The notes under the pieces are model-generated. The model was not told where the DNA came from. It saw only the letters and a list, made by a program, of their open reading frames with translations, and searched no databases. Below, in pieces: positions 8,892 through 17,826 of a stretch of 56,519 bases of DNA. Source of the DNA: Candidatus Saccharimonadota bacterium (GTDB lineage Bacteria; Patescibacteriota; Saccharimonadia; Saccharimonadales; Saccharimonadaceae); contig JAGOVX010000001.1 of assembly GCA_018060465.1 (NCBI GenBank), positions 1 through 56,519 of the forward strand. Reading direction: 5' to 3'. A program made the position numbers and the translations under genes. Position 1 is the first letter of the stretch, and each line of letters starts with the position of its first letter.

Positions 8892-9658
8892 TAGTGATCT
8901 CCTGACGCTATTACAGTTTTACTGTTTTTTCTTCCTTCAATTATATTCTTTACGTCGGGCAATAGTCCAGCTATGATTATTAGAATACCTCCTACAATAA
9001 CAGAAATCCCCACCGATTCACCAAACAAAACCGCACCAAATACTACTGCCCACACTACCTCACTTAAACCCATTATGCTTCCGACGCTTGCATCGACTCT
9101 TTTAAAACCTTCAAAGACCAGCAACCCTGCAACAAGTCCAACGATAGCGAATAATATCATTGCAATCCATGGCCATGAACCACTAAAGCTTGGTACTTTT
9201 TCGCCTAAAGCGAATCCAATCAGAATGTGCGAAAAGAAAATCGGCAGCCACATATAAAATGAAATCGCAATCGATGACAGCTTTGTTAGTTTTTTCGACA
9301 TAGATATCTCAAACCCACTAGCCACACCATTAAGCATTGCCATGAGCATCCCCATGAGTGAAAAAACGCCAATCGAGAGTCCAAAAATCAATGCAAGTCC
9401 ACAAAAAGCAAGTAACATAGCAATGATCTTCACGAGCGTTATCGTTTCACGCATAACCCACTTCCCAACCCAATACGAAGCAAGTGTATAGGCTGCGTAA
9501 AATAAAAGCGTAGCTGTTCCTATTTCTGTTATTAGGTAAGCATAATAAAGCGGTGCTTGCGTGAACAATGCGAAGAATCCGATGATAAGCAACCACCGTA
9601 CCTCTTGTTTGGAAAGCCGGCGAAATTCACGAAAATAGAACATAACCGGCAACAGCAT
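8891..9658 (-). CDS. DMT/EamA-like transporter (short, about 8-9 TM)
   Basis: A wholly hydrophobic 255-aa protein with the two-repeat EamA-like pattern. An in-frame stop lies 27 nt upstream of the ATG, so no longer N-terminus is available. Confidence 0.6.
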   Translation of the reverse strand: MLLPVMFYFREFRRLSKQEVRWLLIIGFFALFTQAPLYYAYLITEIGTATLLFYAAYTLASYWVGKWVMRETITLVKIIAMLLAFCGLALIFGLSIGVFSLMGMLMAMLNGVASGFEISMSKKLTKLSSIAISFYMWLPIFFSHILIGFALGEKVPSFSGSWPWIAMILFAIVGLVAGLLVFEGFKRVDASVGSIMGLSEVVWAVVFGAVLFGESVGISVIVGGILIIIAGLLPDVKNIIEGRKNSKTVIASGDH

Positions 9659-9710
9659 TATGACAATTAATCCAGCTTCTCCTTATAATGGAGATTATGG
9701 CAGATCTTGG

Positions 9711-10301
9711 CTACACCGGCGTAGGTGCATGTAAATACCGTCGAACCACAAATAGCATCGCACACACATCAGCAGTTAGTATGTAAACCGGAAAAGCAAG
9801 ATGAGTGAAATCCCATACGTCAATGATAAGTAGTGCAGTTACGGCACTAATTGCACCCAAAACGTAAAGAGTAAGCCCTTCTGTTTCTGGATATTTGTAG
9901 GCTTTTATAAGTGTTGGCAAAAATGCCATCCCGTCGGCAAAAACTGAAAAAGCAATTGCAATATTCGCATTCCCGCTCGCTTGCCATGCCACCAAACCAC
10001 CTACTGCTAGGGCGCCGCACAACATATCAAATCTTTTAAGCTTCCACGCAGCTGTCTGCGAGAAAAACGAGCAAGTAAAGATAATTAATGGGTCAATCCC
10101 CACGATCATCGTAAATAAGGACTGATGAAACGGCACATGCTGACTCGCCATCGACGCCGCAGCAATCATGGGTGCAATCGAAAGTATTCCCCATGTCATA
10201 CGGTTTGGCCGTACCGTTCCTCTCACTACTCCGTAGGCATAACTCAAATTGCCCACAAGAAGCAAGATTACGCTTAGATATATCCATCGTTCATCTATCA
10301 T
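9711..10301 (-). CDS. Uncharacterised 6-TM membrane protein, paralogue 3 of 3 (start refined to the internal Met)
   Basis: The track ORF extends to 10361. Alignment with the two paralogues places the start at MIDERWIYLSV... (ATG at 10301). Shared motifs are RGTVRPNRMTWGIL and ADGMAFLPTLIKAYKYPETE. Confidence 0.6.
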   Translation of the reverse strand: MIDERWIYLSVILLLVGNLSYAYGVVRGTVRPNRMTWGILSIAPMIAAASMASQHVPFHQSLFTMIVGIDPLIIFTCSFFSQTAAWKLKRFDMLCGALAVGGLVAWQASGNANIAIAFSVFADGMAFLPTLIKAYKYPETEGLTLYVLGAISAVTALLIIDVWDFTHLAFPVYILTADVCAMLFVVRRYLHAPTPV

Positions 10302-10321
10302 ACGGCATAGTATACTCTGCA

Positions 10322-10339
10322 TTTTTACGTATGTAAAAA
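10322..10339. promoter_or_regulatory. Perfect 7-4-7 palindrome TTTTTAC-GTAT-GTAAAAA in a divergent intergenic region (candidate operator)
   Basis: Read directly. It lies between the refined start of 9711..10301 (-) and the TrmB-like gene at 10382 (+). Confidence 0.4.
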
Positions 10340-10342
10340 AGT

Positions 10343-10360
10343 TGTCTGTACAAACAGACA
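10343..10360. promoter_or_regulatory. Perfect 7-4-7 palindrome TGTCTGT-ACAA-ACAGACA (candidate operator)
   Basis: Read directly. It sits 3 nt from the first palindrome and 21 nt upstream of the TrmB-like ATG. Confidence 0.4.
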
Positions 10361-10381
10361 TTATAGTGATATGCTTCTACT

Positions 10382-11152
10382 ATGAATGTGGAAAAACAAC
10401 AGCAGGAGAAAGTTGTCAGCTATCTCAAACAGTTAGGATTGTCGAGCGAGCAAACTCTGGCATACATTTTCCTTCTGCAGCATGGCCCACAAACCGTTTT
10501 ACAGATTAGCCGCGGACTCAACACCGGTCGCACAAAGCTCTACCCTCTACTCGAAAGTCTTGCTGATAAGCAGCTTATTACTGTACATGAGCGCCACTAT
10601 GGCACCTCGTATGAAGCTCAGAGTCTCGATAGTCTCGATTTTCTTGTCGGCGAGCACGAACGAAAAGCTACCTCACTGCGAAGTAACTTACCGGCCGCGC
10701 AACATGTATTGCAAGCATTAACGCTGCCCTCTCCTTCTGCCACTCGTGTTATAGAATACCGCGGTATCGATGGCCTCAAACAAATGAATTATAATCTTAC
10801 AAAAGCTGAAAAAGAGTTTCGTGTTTTCGAGCTCGCCGGACTCGACAAGCACCTCGGTAAAAGTTTTGCCCATAAAATGCGTCAAAGAGTTATCGAACGT
10901 GGGCTTACCACATATGACCTCACGAACAACCCTGCGCGCACTAGCGAGCCCGGTGCTGAAATGCCCAATGCCAAAATTCGCTACATTGATCCAAGTGTTT
11001 TTACAATTGAATTTGAAGCCTATGTGTACGACAATATTGTCGGCCTTATCCAATATGAATCAGATGATATATTCGGTATAGAAATCCATTCTGAAAAACT
11101 CGCCCGCCAACAACGGACTATTTTTGATATGTTGTGGAAACTAGCGCGATAA
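10382..11152 (+). CDS. TrmB-family winged-helix transcriptional regulator with a C-terminal PLD-like/TrmB_C-like domain
   Basis: The N-terminus LKQLGLSSEQTLAYIFLLQHGPQTVLQISRGLNTGRTKLYPLLESLADKQLI is typical of a TrmB HTH. Confidence 0.7.
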   Translation: MNVEKQQQEKVVSYLKQLGLSSEQTLAYIFLLQHGPQTVLQISRGLNTGRTKLYPLLESLADKQLITVHERHYGTSYEAQSLDSLDFLVGEHERKATSLRSNLPAAQHVLQALTLPSPSATRVIEYRGIDGLKQMNYNLTKAEKEFRVFELAGLDKHLGKSFAHKMRQRVIERGLTTYDLTNNPARTSEPGAEMPNAKIRYIDPSVFTIEFEAYVYDNIVGLIQYESDDIFGIEIHSEKLARQQRTIFDMLWKLAR

Positions 11153-11198
11153 GGCTAGGGCTTGTTTCTCCACGAATAGTAGCCAACACGTACGACAT

Positions 11199-11579
11199 TC
11201 AATCCTTAAAGTAGTTTTCTTCAGCCGAATTCACAAAATGCGTCAACGTAAAATGCTGCTTCATTTCTTCTGGGGTGTTTAAGCGAACAATTGTATATTT
11301 TCCGCCTGTAATTCCATGCACATAATCGTGCGTAATCTCGGTGATAAAACACAAACCCCAATACAGCCACTTGCCATCAATGTATTCTACAAGAAAGTTT
11401 CGTACAGGCGGCTGTTGATATACACGAATTTTTTCTTTAGCAGTAAACGTAAATTCTTTGCCTTCAACATCTTGCATCGTATACGGCGTCTGCAGATGCG
11501 TTTTGATATCTAAAAAGTCCGGGAACCCCTGCTCCTTTGTAATTCGCAGCGTATCGTTTAGTTCAATAAATGATCCCAT
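11199..11579 (-). CDS. Hypothetical protein (126 aa, soluble)
   Basis: An ORF with normal codon structure. I recognised no motif. Confidence 0.45.
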   Translation of the reverse strand: MGSFIELNDTLRITKEQGFPDFLDIKTHLQTPYTMQDVEGKEFTFTAKEKIRVYQQPPVRNFLVEYIDGKWLYWGLCFITEITHDYVHGITGGKYTIVRLNTPEEMKQHFTLTHFVNSAEENYFKD

Positions 11580-11632
11580 CTACTCTACCTCGCTGACGTT
11601 TTTAGGTTGTTGCTCCGTCGTATGATTGTGGT

Positions 11633-12280
11633 TCATCCTTCTACTCCTTCTCCGTTTTTTAACAGTTCAAGCTCTTTACCACTGCCCTCTAACCCTATCG
11701 ATAACCAGCGATGCGCGAGGCTATGGCCTACGTCATTCAATAACCCATTGTGTACCGGAACAAGCTTGCGAGCTTTCGCTGTCTGTGCAAACTCAATCAC
11801 TTCACTCATTTTCAACCATGGTGCTGAAATTGGCACACCAACAACCTCTACTTCATCTGGAATAACATGGAATGAATCGCCTGGATAGTAATAAAAATCC
11901 CCTACATTAATTGCAATATTCTTACACGGACTCGATTGCCATATGATTGCGTGGTCAAGCACATACAATGACACCGATACATCACCTACCGTCAGCACTC
12001 TATCGCTCTCAATAACGTGTTTGGGACATTCAACACTCGCAAGTTCAGCAATACTTTCCCCATGACCATACACCATCACCTCAGAGCTAGCAGACACAAT
12101 CTTGGCTAGTTGTGCAGCGCTCGTGTGGTCTGGATGCACGTGCGTATAGAAAACCGCATCGATATTTGATAGATCATCGGGGAGTTCAGTAAAATCACCT
12201 GGGTCAATAACAATCTTCACGCCGTCTTTTTCAATGACCACACACGCATGTCCATATTTTGTTAGTTTTGACCGACTCAT
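11633..12280 (-). CDS. MBL-fold metallo-hydrolase
   Basis: THVHPDH metal-binding motif, plus downstream His/Asp residues (VLDHAI, PVHNG). Confidence 0.75.
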   Translation of the reverse strand: MSRSKLTKYGHACVVIEKDGVKIVIDPGDFTELPDDLSNIDAVFYTHVHPDHTSAAQLAKIVSASSEVMVYGHGESIAELASVECPKHVIESDRVLTVGDVSVSLYVLDHAIIWQSSPCKNIAINVGDFYYYPGDSFHVIPDEVEVVGVPISAPWLKMSEVIEFAQTAKARKLVPVHNGLLNDVGHSLAHRWLSIGLEGSGKELELLKNGEGVEG

Positions 12281-12334
12281 GTTATCCTCCCGCGTAGTTA
12301 CTAGTAGTAATTATACTCCACTGGCATGCTACTG

Positions 12335-13126
12335 TTATTCAATAGGTGGATTTAAAATGCGAATCGCTGCGCTAAGGCCCCAATTTACACTGTAATTATT
12401 CCGAGGATCACTTTCTTTAAAAGAATTGTATATATCTTCCCACTCTGCAATTTTATTTCCATCCGCATCATACATCACAAGTGTTGTGTCGTCCAACGGA
12501 TCATCTTCTGGCATAAACTCGTAGGAGCCCACAACCGTACCATCTTGAAATAGTGTGCCATTATGGACGCCAGTCACCTTGTCTGCCGTTTCAACTTGCT
12601 TTCGACTAAACTGGCTTAAGTCTCGCCCAGGCATGCGAATAGACATCGTGCCGTCACTAGCAGTGGCAAAGCCTTTTTCGGCTAAATTAGTGGCTAGCCC
12701 AGGAGACAACGTAGCTGTTTCATGTATAAAAACCTTAGTTAGCGGAAGTACAGACCGTACACCCGAAAGCAAGCGACCAATCGCAAAGTTCGCCAACCCT
12801 TGCCCTCGATATTCTTCCCGGACAAATGCCGACATTAAATGAGCCTCAACTGCCTTTGAGCCAGCTTTTACTACTGTGATAAATGCACCGCCAACCACCG
12901 TATCGGTAGGATCGCGATTCACATCTTCAAGAACAAACCGTCGATGCATAAAAATATCTTCTGCTCGCACATCAAGATCAGCCGGCCCGTCAGCCAAGGC
13001 ACGATACTGATCAATAGTCGAACCAACGCGATTTGCATGCTCTGGTGAATCGCCCACAAACATCATGCGTGAACCCTCTGGAAAACGATCCATTGAGTCG
13101 TAAATCAACGGTCGGGCTGTTGCCAT
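12335..13126 (-). CDS. GNAT-like N-acetyltransferase domain protein with a C-terminal extension
   Basis: EEYRGQGLANFAIGRLL resembles GNAT motif A (Q/R-x-x-G-x-G/A). The rest is unassigned. Confidence 0.5.
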   Translation of the reverse strand: MATARPLIYDSMDRFPEGSRMMFVGDSPEHANRVGSTIDQYRALADGPADLDVRAEDIFMHRRFVLEDVNRDPTDTVVGGAFITVVKAGSKAVEAHLMSAFVREEYRGQGLANFAIGRLLSGVRSVLPLTKVFIHETATLSPGLATNLAEKGFATASDGTMSIRMPGRDLSQFSRKQVETADKVTGVHNGTLFQDGTVVGSYEFMPEDDPLDDTTLVMYDADGNKIAEWEDIYNSFKESDPRNNYSVNWGLSAAIRILNPPIE

Positions 13127-13131
13127 ATGAA

Positions 13132-14508
13132 CTACCGCTCTAGCTCTACAATCTCCACCCGTTTTTGCTCGGTCGTATCTCTATCACGCACCGTCACCGT
13201 GCTATCTTCTAGCGTTTGGAAGTCGATGACCACACAGTGCGGTGTACCTATTTCGTCTTGGCGGCGGTAGCGTTTACCTATATTGCCGTTGTCGTCCCAC
13301 ATCACACGGCCAGGGTTTTCTTTGCTAAGCTTGGCATACACTTCGCGCGCTTTCGCGACAAGTTCTGGCTTGTTTTTCAGCAGTGGGCTCACCGCATATT
13401 TCGCTGGCGCCAAATGTTCTGGCAGCGCCAAATACACACGTTTTTCGCCATTCTGTTCGTCTTCACGATACGCCGCTGTCAGTACGGCCATCAAGGCTCG
13501 TTCGACACCAAAGCTTGGCTCGATCACGTGTGGCACGAAGCTTTCATTGCTGCCCTTCACGCGGTATTCCATGCTTTTTTTGCTCATGTTCTGAATATTC
13601 ATCAGGTCAAAATCGGTACGATACGCCAGGCCCATGAGTTCTTCACGGCCGATCGGAAAATCAAATTCAAAATCGATAGTGCGCTTGCTGTAATGCGCCC
13701 TGTCGTTTTCTTCTACCTCTAGCTCATGCACCATTTCAGCCGGCAATCCCAACATGTCAAACCATGCCTTGCACTGCGCTACCCAATGTTCAAACACTTC
13801 TTCCCATTTTTCGGGGTGCACAAAATATTCAATTTCCATTTGTTCAAACTCGCGGCTGCGAAACACAAAATCGCGTGGGCTAATTTCGTTGCGAAATGCC
13901 TTACCTTGCTGCGCTATACCAAACGGCAAATCAGGATAAAAACTATCAACCACATTTTTGTAATTGGTAAATATACCTTGGGCAGTTTCTGGCCGAAGAT
14001 AGCTCACACTGCTTTGCTCATACGTTATGGCTTTGCGACCTTCGAGGTCGGGGCCGCCTTTTGTACCGTCCATTCGTTCGCCAATTGTGACTTCATCACC
14101 GGCATTCGGACCTACGAATGTGCGGAACATCATGTTAAAGGCGCGTTCTTTACCAAACGTACCTTCTTTGCCACAACTAGGACACTTGTTTGGGTCGTCT
14201 AGTTTATCTGCACGAAAACGCCCCTTACAATTACTACATTCCACCAATGGGTCGGTAAATGTATCAACATGCCCACTCGCCTGCCACACTTTTTGGTTCA
14301 TCAAAATTGCCGCATCCACACCGTACATGTCATCGCGCTCATCCACAAACATCTTCCACCACAAATTCATAATATTGCGCTTCAGCTGCACACCCAGTGG
14401 GCCGTAATCCCACGTACCACTCAGGCCACCGTACACTTCACTTCCCTGGTAAATAAATCCACGGCGTTTTGCAAGGCTGACAATATCTTCAAGATTCACA
14501 TTACTCAT
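13132..14508 (-). CDS. glyQS: Glycine--tRNA ligase, alpha2 (GlyQS) type
   Basis: 458 aa with LAKRRGFIYQGSEVYGGLSGTWDYGPLG, the class II motifs FRNEISPR and EFEQMEIEYF, and an anticodon-binding C-terminus. Confidence 0.95.
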   Translation of the reverse strand: MSNVNLEDIVSLAKRRGFIYQGSEVYGGLSGTWDYGPLGVQLKRNIMNLWWKMFVDERDDMYGVDAAILMNQKVWQASGHVDTFTDPLVECSNCKGRFRADKLDDPNKCPSCGKEGTFGKERAFNMMFRTFVGPNAGDEVTIGERMDGTKGGPDLEGRKAITYEQSSVSYLRPETAQGIFTNYKNVVDSFYPDLPFGIAQQGKAFRNEISPRDFVFRSREFEQMEIEYFVHPEKWEEVFEHWVAQCKAWFDMLGLPAEMVHELEVEENDRAHYSKRTIDFEFDFPIGREELMGLAYRTDFDLMNIQNMSKKSMEYRVKGSNESFVPHVIEPSFGVERALMAVLTAAYREDEQNGEKRVYLALPEHLAPAKYAVSPLLKNKPELVAKAREVYAKLSKENPGRVMWDDNGNIGKRYRRQDEIGTPHCVVIDFQTLEDSTVTVRDRDTTEQKRVEIVELER

Positions 14509-14597
14509 AGCTGTTAGTATACCAGAAGTTGCTACGGTACTATACCTCTAGCATTGCCTTGTATCCACGAAATATGCGGTTCAACAACGTTCTATTA

Positions 14598-15275
14598 CTA
14601 GTGCGGCAATGATCGTTCGGCAAGCCACAAACACTCGTCAATCAGCTCCGAAACTCCCCTCACCTGAGCTGCAATGGATGGTGCTTGCGCGCTAAGTAGT
14701 CGCAAAATTTTAATATGATCACTCGTAAAACGCCCATTTTCGTGGTATTCAAGCACTTGGTCAATCGCATTAAATTCATATCGAACATCTTCAACTAGCT
14801 TCATGCCATTGCTATCAGTTGCGACATTTAGGCCGTGGCCAAGTAGCACCGCCAGTTGCAGCCAAAACCACGCTTTCACCAAACGCAAATCTAGCGAGGT
14901 ATCATTCAGTGCGGCGAGCGCTTGATCGAGCAGCTCGAAAAATGCTGGCTCGTCTAGCATGTCAGCAGCCTTATTTATTTGCGTTATAACTTCATACCCA
15001 AATTGCAGCCGGTCATAATCAGTCAATATTTCACTGTAAAACTGCTCAAGTCGTGTACCTGTCAGCATACCCACTTCGCCCCTACCAAAACGCACCGTTA
15101 TGTCGCAGCGTGCAAATAATTCAATTCCACCAGCCAGCTTACTCTTTTCTCGACGAACGCCTTTTGCCATCACGCTTATCTTGCCGTCTGCGGGCGTCAG
15201 CAGCTGCACTATCCTATCCGCCTCACCGTAGTTTGTACGGCGCAGTACTATCGCTTTTGTTCGTAAAACTTTCAC
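14598..15275 (-). CDS. recO: DNA repair protein RecO
   Basis: AIVLRRTNYGEADRIVQLLTPADGKISVMAKGVRREKSKL is a typical RecO OB-fold N-terminus. The start overlaps the upstream stop by 4 nt. Confidence 0.85.
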   Translation of the reverse strand: MKVLRTKAIVLRRTNYGEADRIVQLLTPADGKISVMAKGVRREKSKLAGGIELFARCDITVRFGRGEVGMLTGTRLEQFYSEILTDYDRLQFGYEVITQINKAADMLDEPAFFELLDQALAALNDTSLDLRLVKAWFWLQLAVLLGHGLNVATDSNGMKLVEDVRYEFNAIDQVLEYHENGRFTSDHIKILRLLSAQAPSIAAQVRGVSELIDECLWLAERSLPH

Positions 15276-15643
15276 AGCACACTCCGTACAGCTGCTTCTA
15301 TGTCCTGAGGATGCATGGTCGCCTTGTCTAAAATGCGGCGGACGCCATAGCTTTTTACATCGTCTAGCGATATTTGATCGGCCAAGTTTGTTACTAAAAT
15401 TATAGGAATATGCGCCAAATCATTATGTGATGCCAGCTCGTGCAGCAGCGCAAGTGCCGTCGTTCCTGCGAGTAGCATATCGACAATAAGTACCATCGGT
15501 ACTACTGTATCAATCATATCGATTGCAACAATTGCGTTGGGTGCATGGTGTACTTCAAACCCAGCACGTTCTAAAGTGCGTGCATACTGCTGGGCCAACC
15601 ACGTATCGTCTTCCACAACCACGATGCGACCATGCTGACTCAT
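15272..15643 (-). CDS. Receiver-only response regulator (CheY-like, no output domain)
   Basis: 123 aa with IVVVEDD, LVIVDMLL (phospho-acceptor Asp context), ILVT and a conserved K (KSYG). Both ends overlap their neighbours by 4 nt. Confidence 0.85.
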   Translation of the reverse strand: MSQHGRIVVVEDDTWLAQQYARTLERAGFEVHHAPNAIVAIDMIDTVVPMVLIVDMLLAGTTALALLHELASHNDLAHIPIILVTNLADQISLDDVKSYGVRRILDKATMHPQDIEAAVRSVL

Positions 15644-16365
15644 AGCAACGAAAGCTGTTTAGAAATCGGCAGTTCCACATAAAATGATGCTCCGTCACGG
15701 TGACGAATTGCCCCAATACGTCCATTCATCGCATGGGCAAATTGATGTGCAATATATATTCCTAGGCCGCTACTTTGTGGCCGCGCGTGCACTGGCTTCA
15801 CAACTGATAAACTCTTGGTTAATTCACGCCAGTTTTTCATAGACACGGCAGGCCCATAATCTCGCACACCAACTCGCACCAAGCCAGCCTCGCGTAGCAA
15901 CTGCGCATGCAATTCTACAACCCCTTCTTCGTCACTGTAATGCAAGGCATTGTCGGCAAAATTCAGCAAAATACGCCGCAACAAATCACGGTTCGCAACC
16001 ACTGGTGGTAAATGACGAATTCGTGAACGCTGCAACACACGACCATGCGCCGCATACAACCGTTCTAGCTCAAACGTTACATCATCACATACGCTAATAG
16101 GATTCACAGGTTCGAGCGCAAACAATGATGTAGTAAGATTCTCGGCGCGAGTAAGATCACTCGTCAGGCGCAACGCTTTTTCACTCGTTTGCAGCAGTTG
16201 ATCCAGCACGCGCTGGCTAGCTGCAGCATCTAGCGTACCTGCCGCTAACTCCAACGATAACTGACGTAGTAGTACAAGGGGTGATTTTAGCTCATGCGCA
16301 GCCACAGACACCGATGATATATCGCCCCGCATAGCACTGTCTTGCTGCTGTTCCCTCACTTGCAT
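15640..16365 (-). CDS. Soluble histidine kinase core (HisKA + HATPase_c), with no TM or sensor domain
   Basis: H-box AAHELKSPL, N-box NFADNALHYS, G1 RDYGPA, G2 GLGIYIAHQ. Only about 20 aa precede the H-box. Confidence 0.85.
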   Translation of the reverse strand: MQVREQQQDSAMRGDISSVSVAAHELKSPLVLLRQLSLELAAGTLDAAASQRVLDQLLQTSEKALRLTSDLTRAENLTTSLFALEPVNPISVCDDVTFELERLYAAHGRVLQRSRIRHLPPVVANRDLLRRILLNFADNALHYSDEEGVVELHAQLLREAGLVRVGVRDYGPAVSMKNWRELTKSLSVVKPVHARPQSSGLGIYIAHQFAHAMNGRIGAIRHRDGASFYVELPISKQLSLL

Positions 16366-16450
16366 TTGTATCTATATTTTAGCACCTTGGCTCTCGCAGG
16401 GCCAAGCACCAGCACATTAGCTCATTGCCACACTGCGCGTGCTACGTCTG

Positions 16451-17110
16451 CTACTGAACGTATTTTACAGTTTTTACCAACGTATCAAAGTCATCTTTAA
16501 ATGTGTCTGCATCAGTTTGCAAAATTGCAGTTTTGTCACGAATCTTGAACAGTACAATAGCGCCGCGAATATCCTCAGAAAGTTTACCATCAAGACGTGT
16601 GCCAATTTGTGTGCCAAATTTTACCGACGTGCGCCGTAAATCTCCGTTGCTGACTGCATCTTGATATTCAGTAAGTACTTTTGAATATTCTTCCTGACGA
16701 ATCGTGACACGTAGTGCAAAACGCGTTGCATCATCAACCGGTGGAACGGAACGAGGGTTCATGTATGCCTGATATTCTCCACCGTCTGTCACATTGCTCG
16801 CAATATACACACTCCACGTCTTTGGATATTCAAACCCTACGCTACCGTAGTCTGATGGCCCTACAAAGTCATAGGTTGGTCGTTTTTCACGTTCGGCAAA
16901 TTTCGCTTCATCTTCTTTTCGCTGTTGGCGCTCGGCCTCAGCACTTGCTTGGGCAATTTTTCCATCTACATCCGATTTTTGGCCGTTATACAGCACCAAC
17001 GCCCATACGGCAAACACTGCAAATATTGCCGATGCCAATGAAAGTAATAATATAGCGATAAGTGAACCCGAGATAGATCCTTGCTCAAATTTGTTTCTGT
17101 GTGTCGTCAT
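16451..17110 (-). CDS. Membrane-anchored hypothetical protein
   Basis: It has one N-terminal TM (LIAILLLSLASAIFAVFAVWALVL), a charged coiled segment and a roughly 130-aa extracytoplasmic beta-rich domain. Confidence 0.5.
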   Translation of the reverse strand: MTTHRNKFEQGSISGSLIAILLLSLASAIFAVFAVWALVLYNGQKSDVDGKIAQASAEAERQQRKEDEAKFAEREKRPTYDFVGPSDYGSVGFEYPKTWSVYIASNVTDGGEYQAYMNPRSVPPVDDATRFALRVTIRQEEYSKVLTEYQDAVSNGDLRRTSVKFGTQIGTRLDGKLSEDIRGAIVLFKIRDKTAILQTDADTFKDDFDTLVKTVKYVQ

Positions 17111-17131
17111 AGTAATAATTATACGAAAGCA

Positions 17132-17629
17132 TTAGCGAAATTCATAGAGATGATGCGATTTCGAGCTTTTGATTGCCGTTTTGCCCGGTATCGAAAATCC
17201 GTAGCTGAGTAGTTTTAGTGGCCGCTTCAGCCGACGAGCCTCGGCCTGCACCTTGTTCGCGATACGCTGAATATCTCGCGACTCACTAAACACATACACC
17301 ACTGTTGTATCGGCGGGAAACGTGACACGCCAAATGTTTGCCCATCGCACGGAAACATTTTTATTTTTTCGCGACAGCAACATCGTCACCAGCACCAGCA
17401 CAGGATTTATTTCATAGCCAATAGCCCGCGCACCATACTGGCTCACAGCACGCAGCACTGTACCATCACCCGATCCAATATCTATCACCACATCGCCACG
17501 AGTGGGAGTATACACATGCGCAAGGGCATCGTGTAGATCAGTCTGCAGGCTAGGAACATACGGTGCTCCAAAAAACACCGTCAGCCCAAAAAGTGCTAGT
17601 ACCACTACTGCTGCCCACACAAATATCAT
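17132..17629 (-). CDS. Class I SAM-dependent methyltransferase with an N-terminal TM anchor
   Basis: SAM motif I VIDIGSGDGTVL, preceded by a hydrophobic N-terminus. Confidence 0.7.
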   Translation of the reverse strand: MIFVWAAVVVLALFGLTVFFGAPYVPSLQTDLHDALAHVYTPTRGDVVIDIGSGDGTVLRAVSQYGARAIGYEINPVLVLVTMLLSRKNKNVSVRWANIWRVTFPADTTVVYVFSESRDIQRIANKVQAEARRLKRPLKLLSYGFSIPGKTAIKSSKSHHLYEFR

Positions 17630-17826
17630 GCGTCAAACGATTGCTTTAATACGTTGACGTTGTTGCGCAGCTCGGTCAAGTCATGCTCGATCTCATTGGC
17701 AAGCGTGTTAGCTTCTTCAAATTTTTCCGCAGCTGCAGTCAAAGAAAAATCTTCGCTCTCGAACCATGCCGTTAGTTCACGCAGGTCATTCATTTTTTCC
17801 TCGATTGTTTTATTTTTTGCTGACAT
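17626..17826 (-). CDS. xseB: Exodeoxyribonuclease VII small subunit
   Basis: A 66-aa helical protein. It sits immediately downstream of xseA and overlaps it. Confidence 0.8.
   Translation of the reverse strand: MSAKNKTIEEKMNDLRELTAWFESEDFSLTAAAEKFEEANTLANEIEHDLTELRNNVNVLKQSFDA

Noticed and set aside
8891-9710. The EamA-like gene is short (255 aa versus about 290-300), which could mean a 5'-truncated pseudogene.
   Set aside because: An in-frame stop lies 27 nt upstream, and I could not recognise any upstream EamA-like fragment in another frame. The ORF retains 8-9 TM segments. The evidence is not enough to call a pseudogene.
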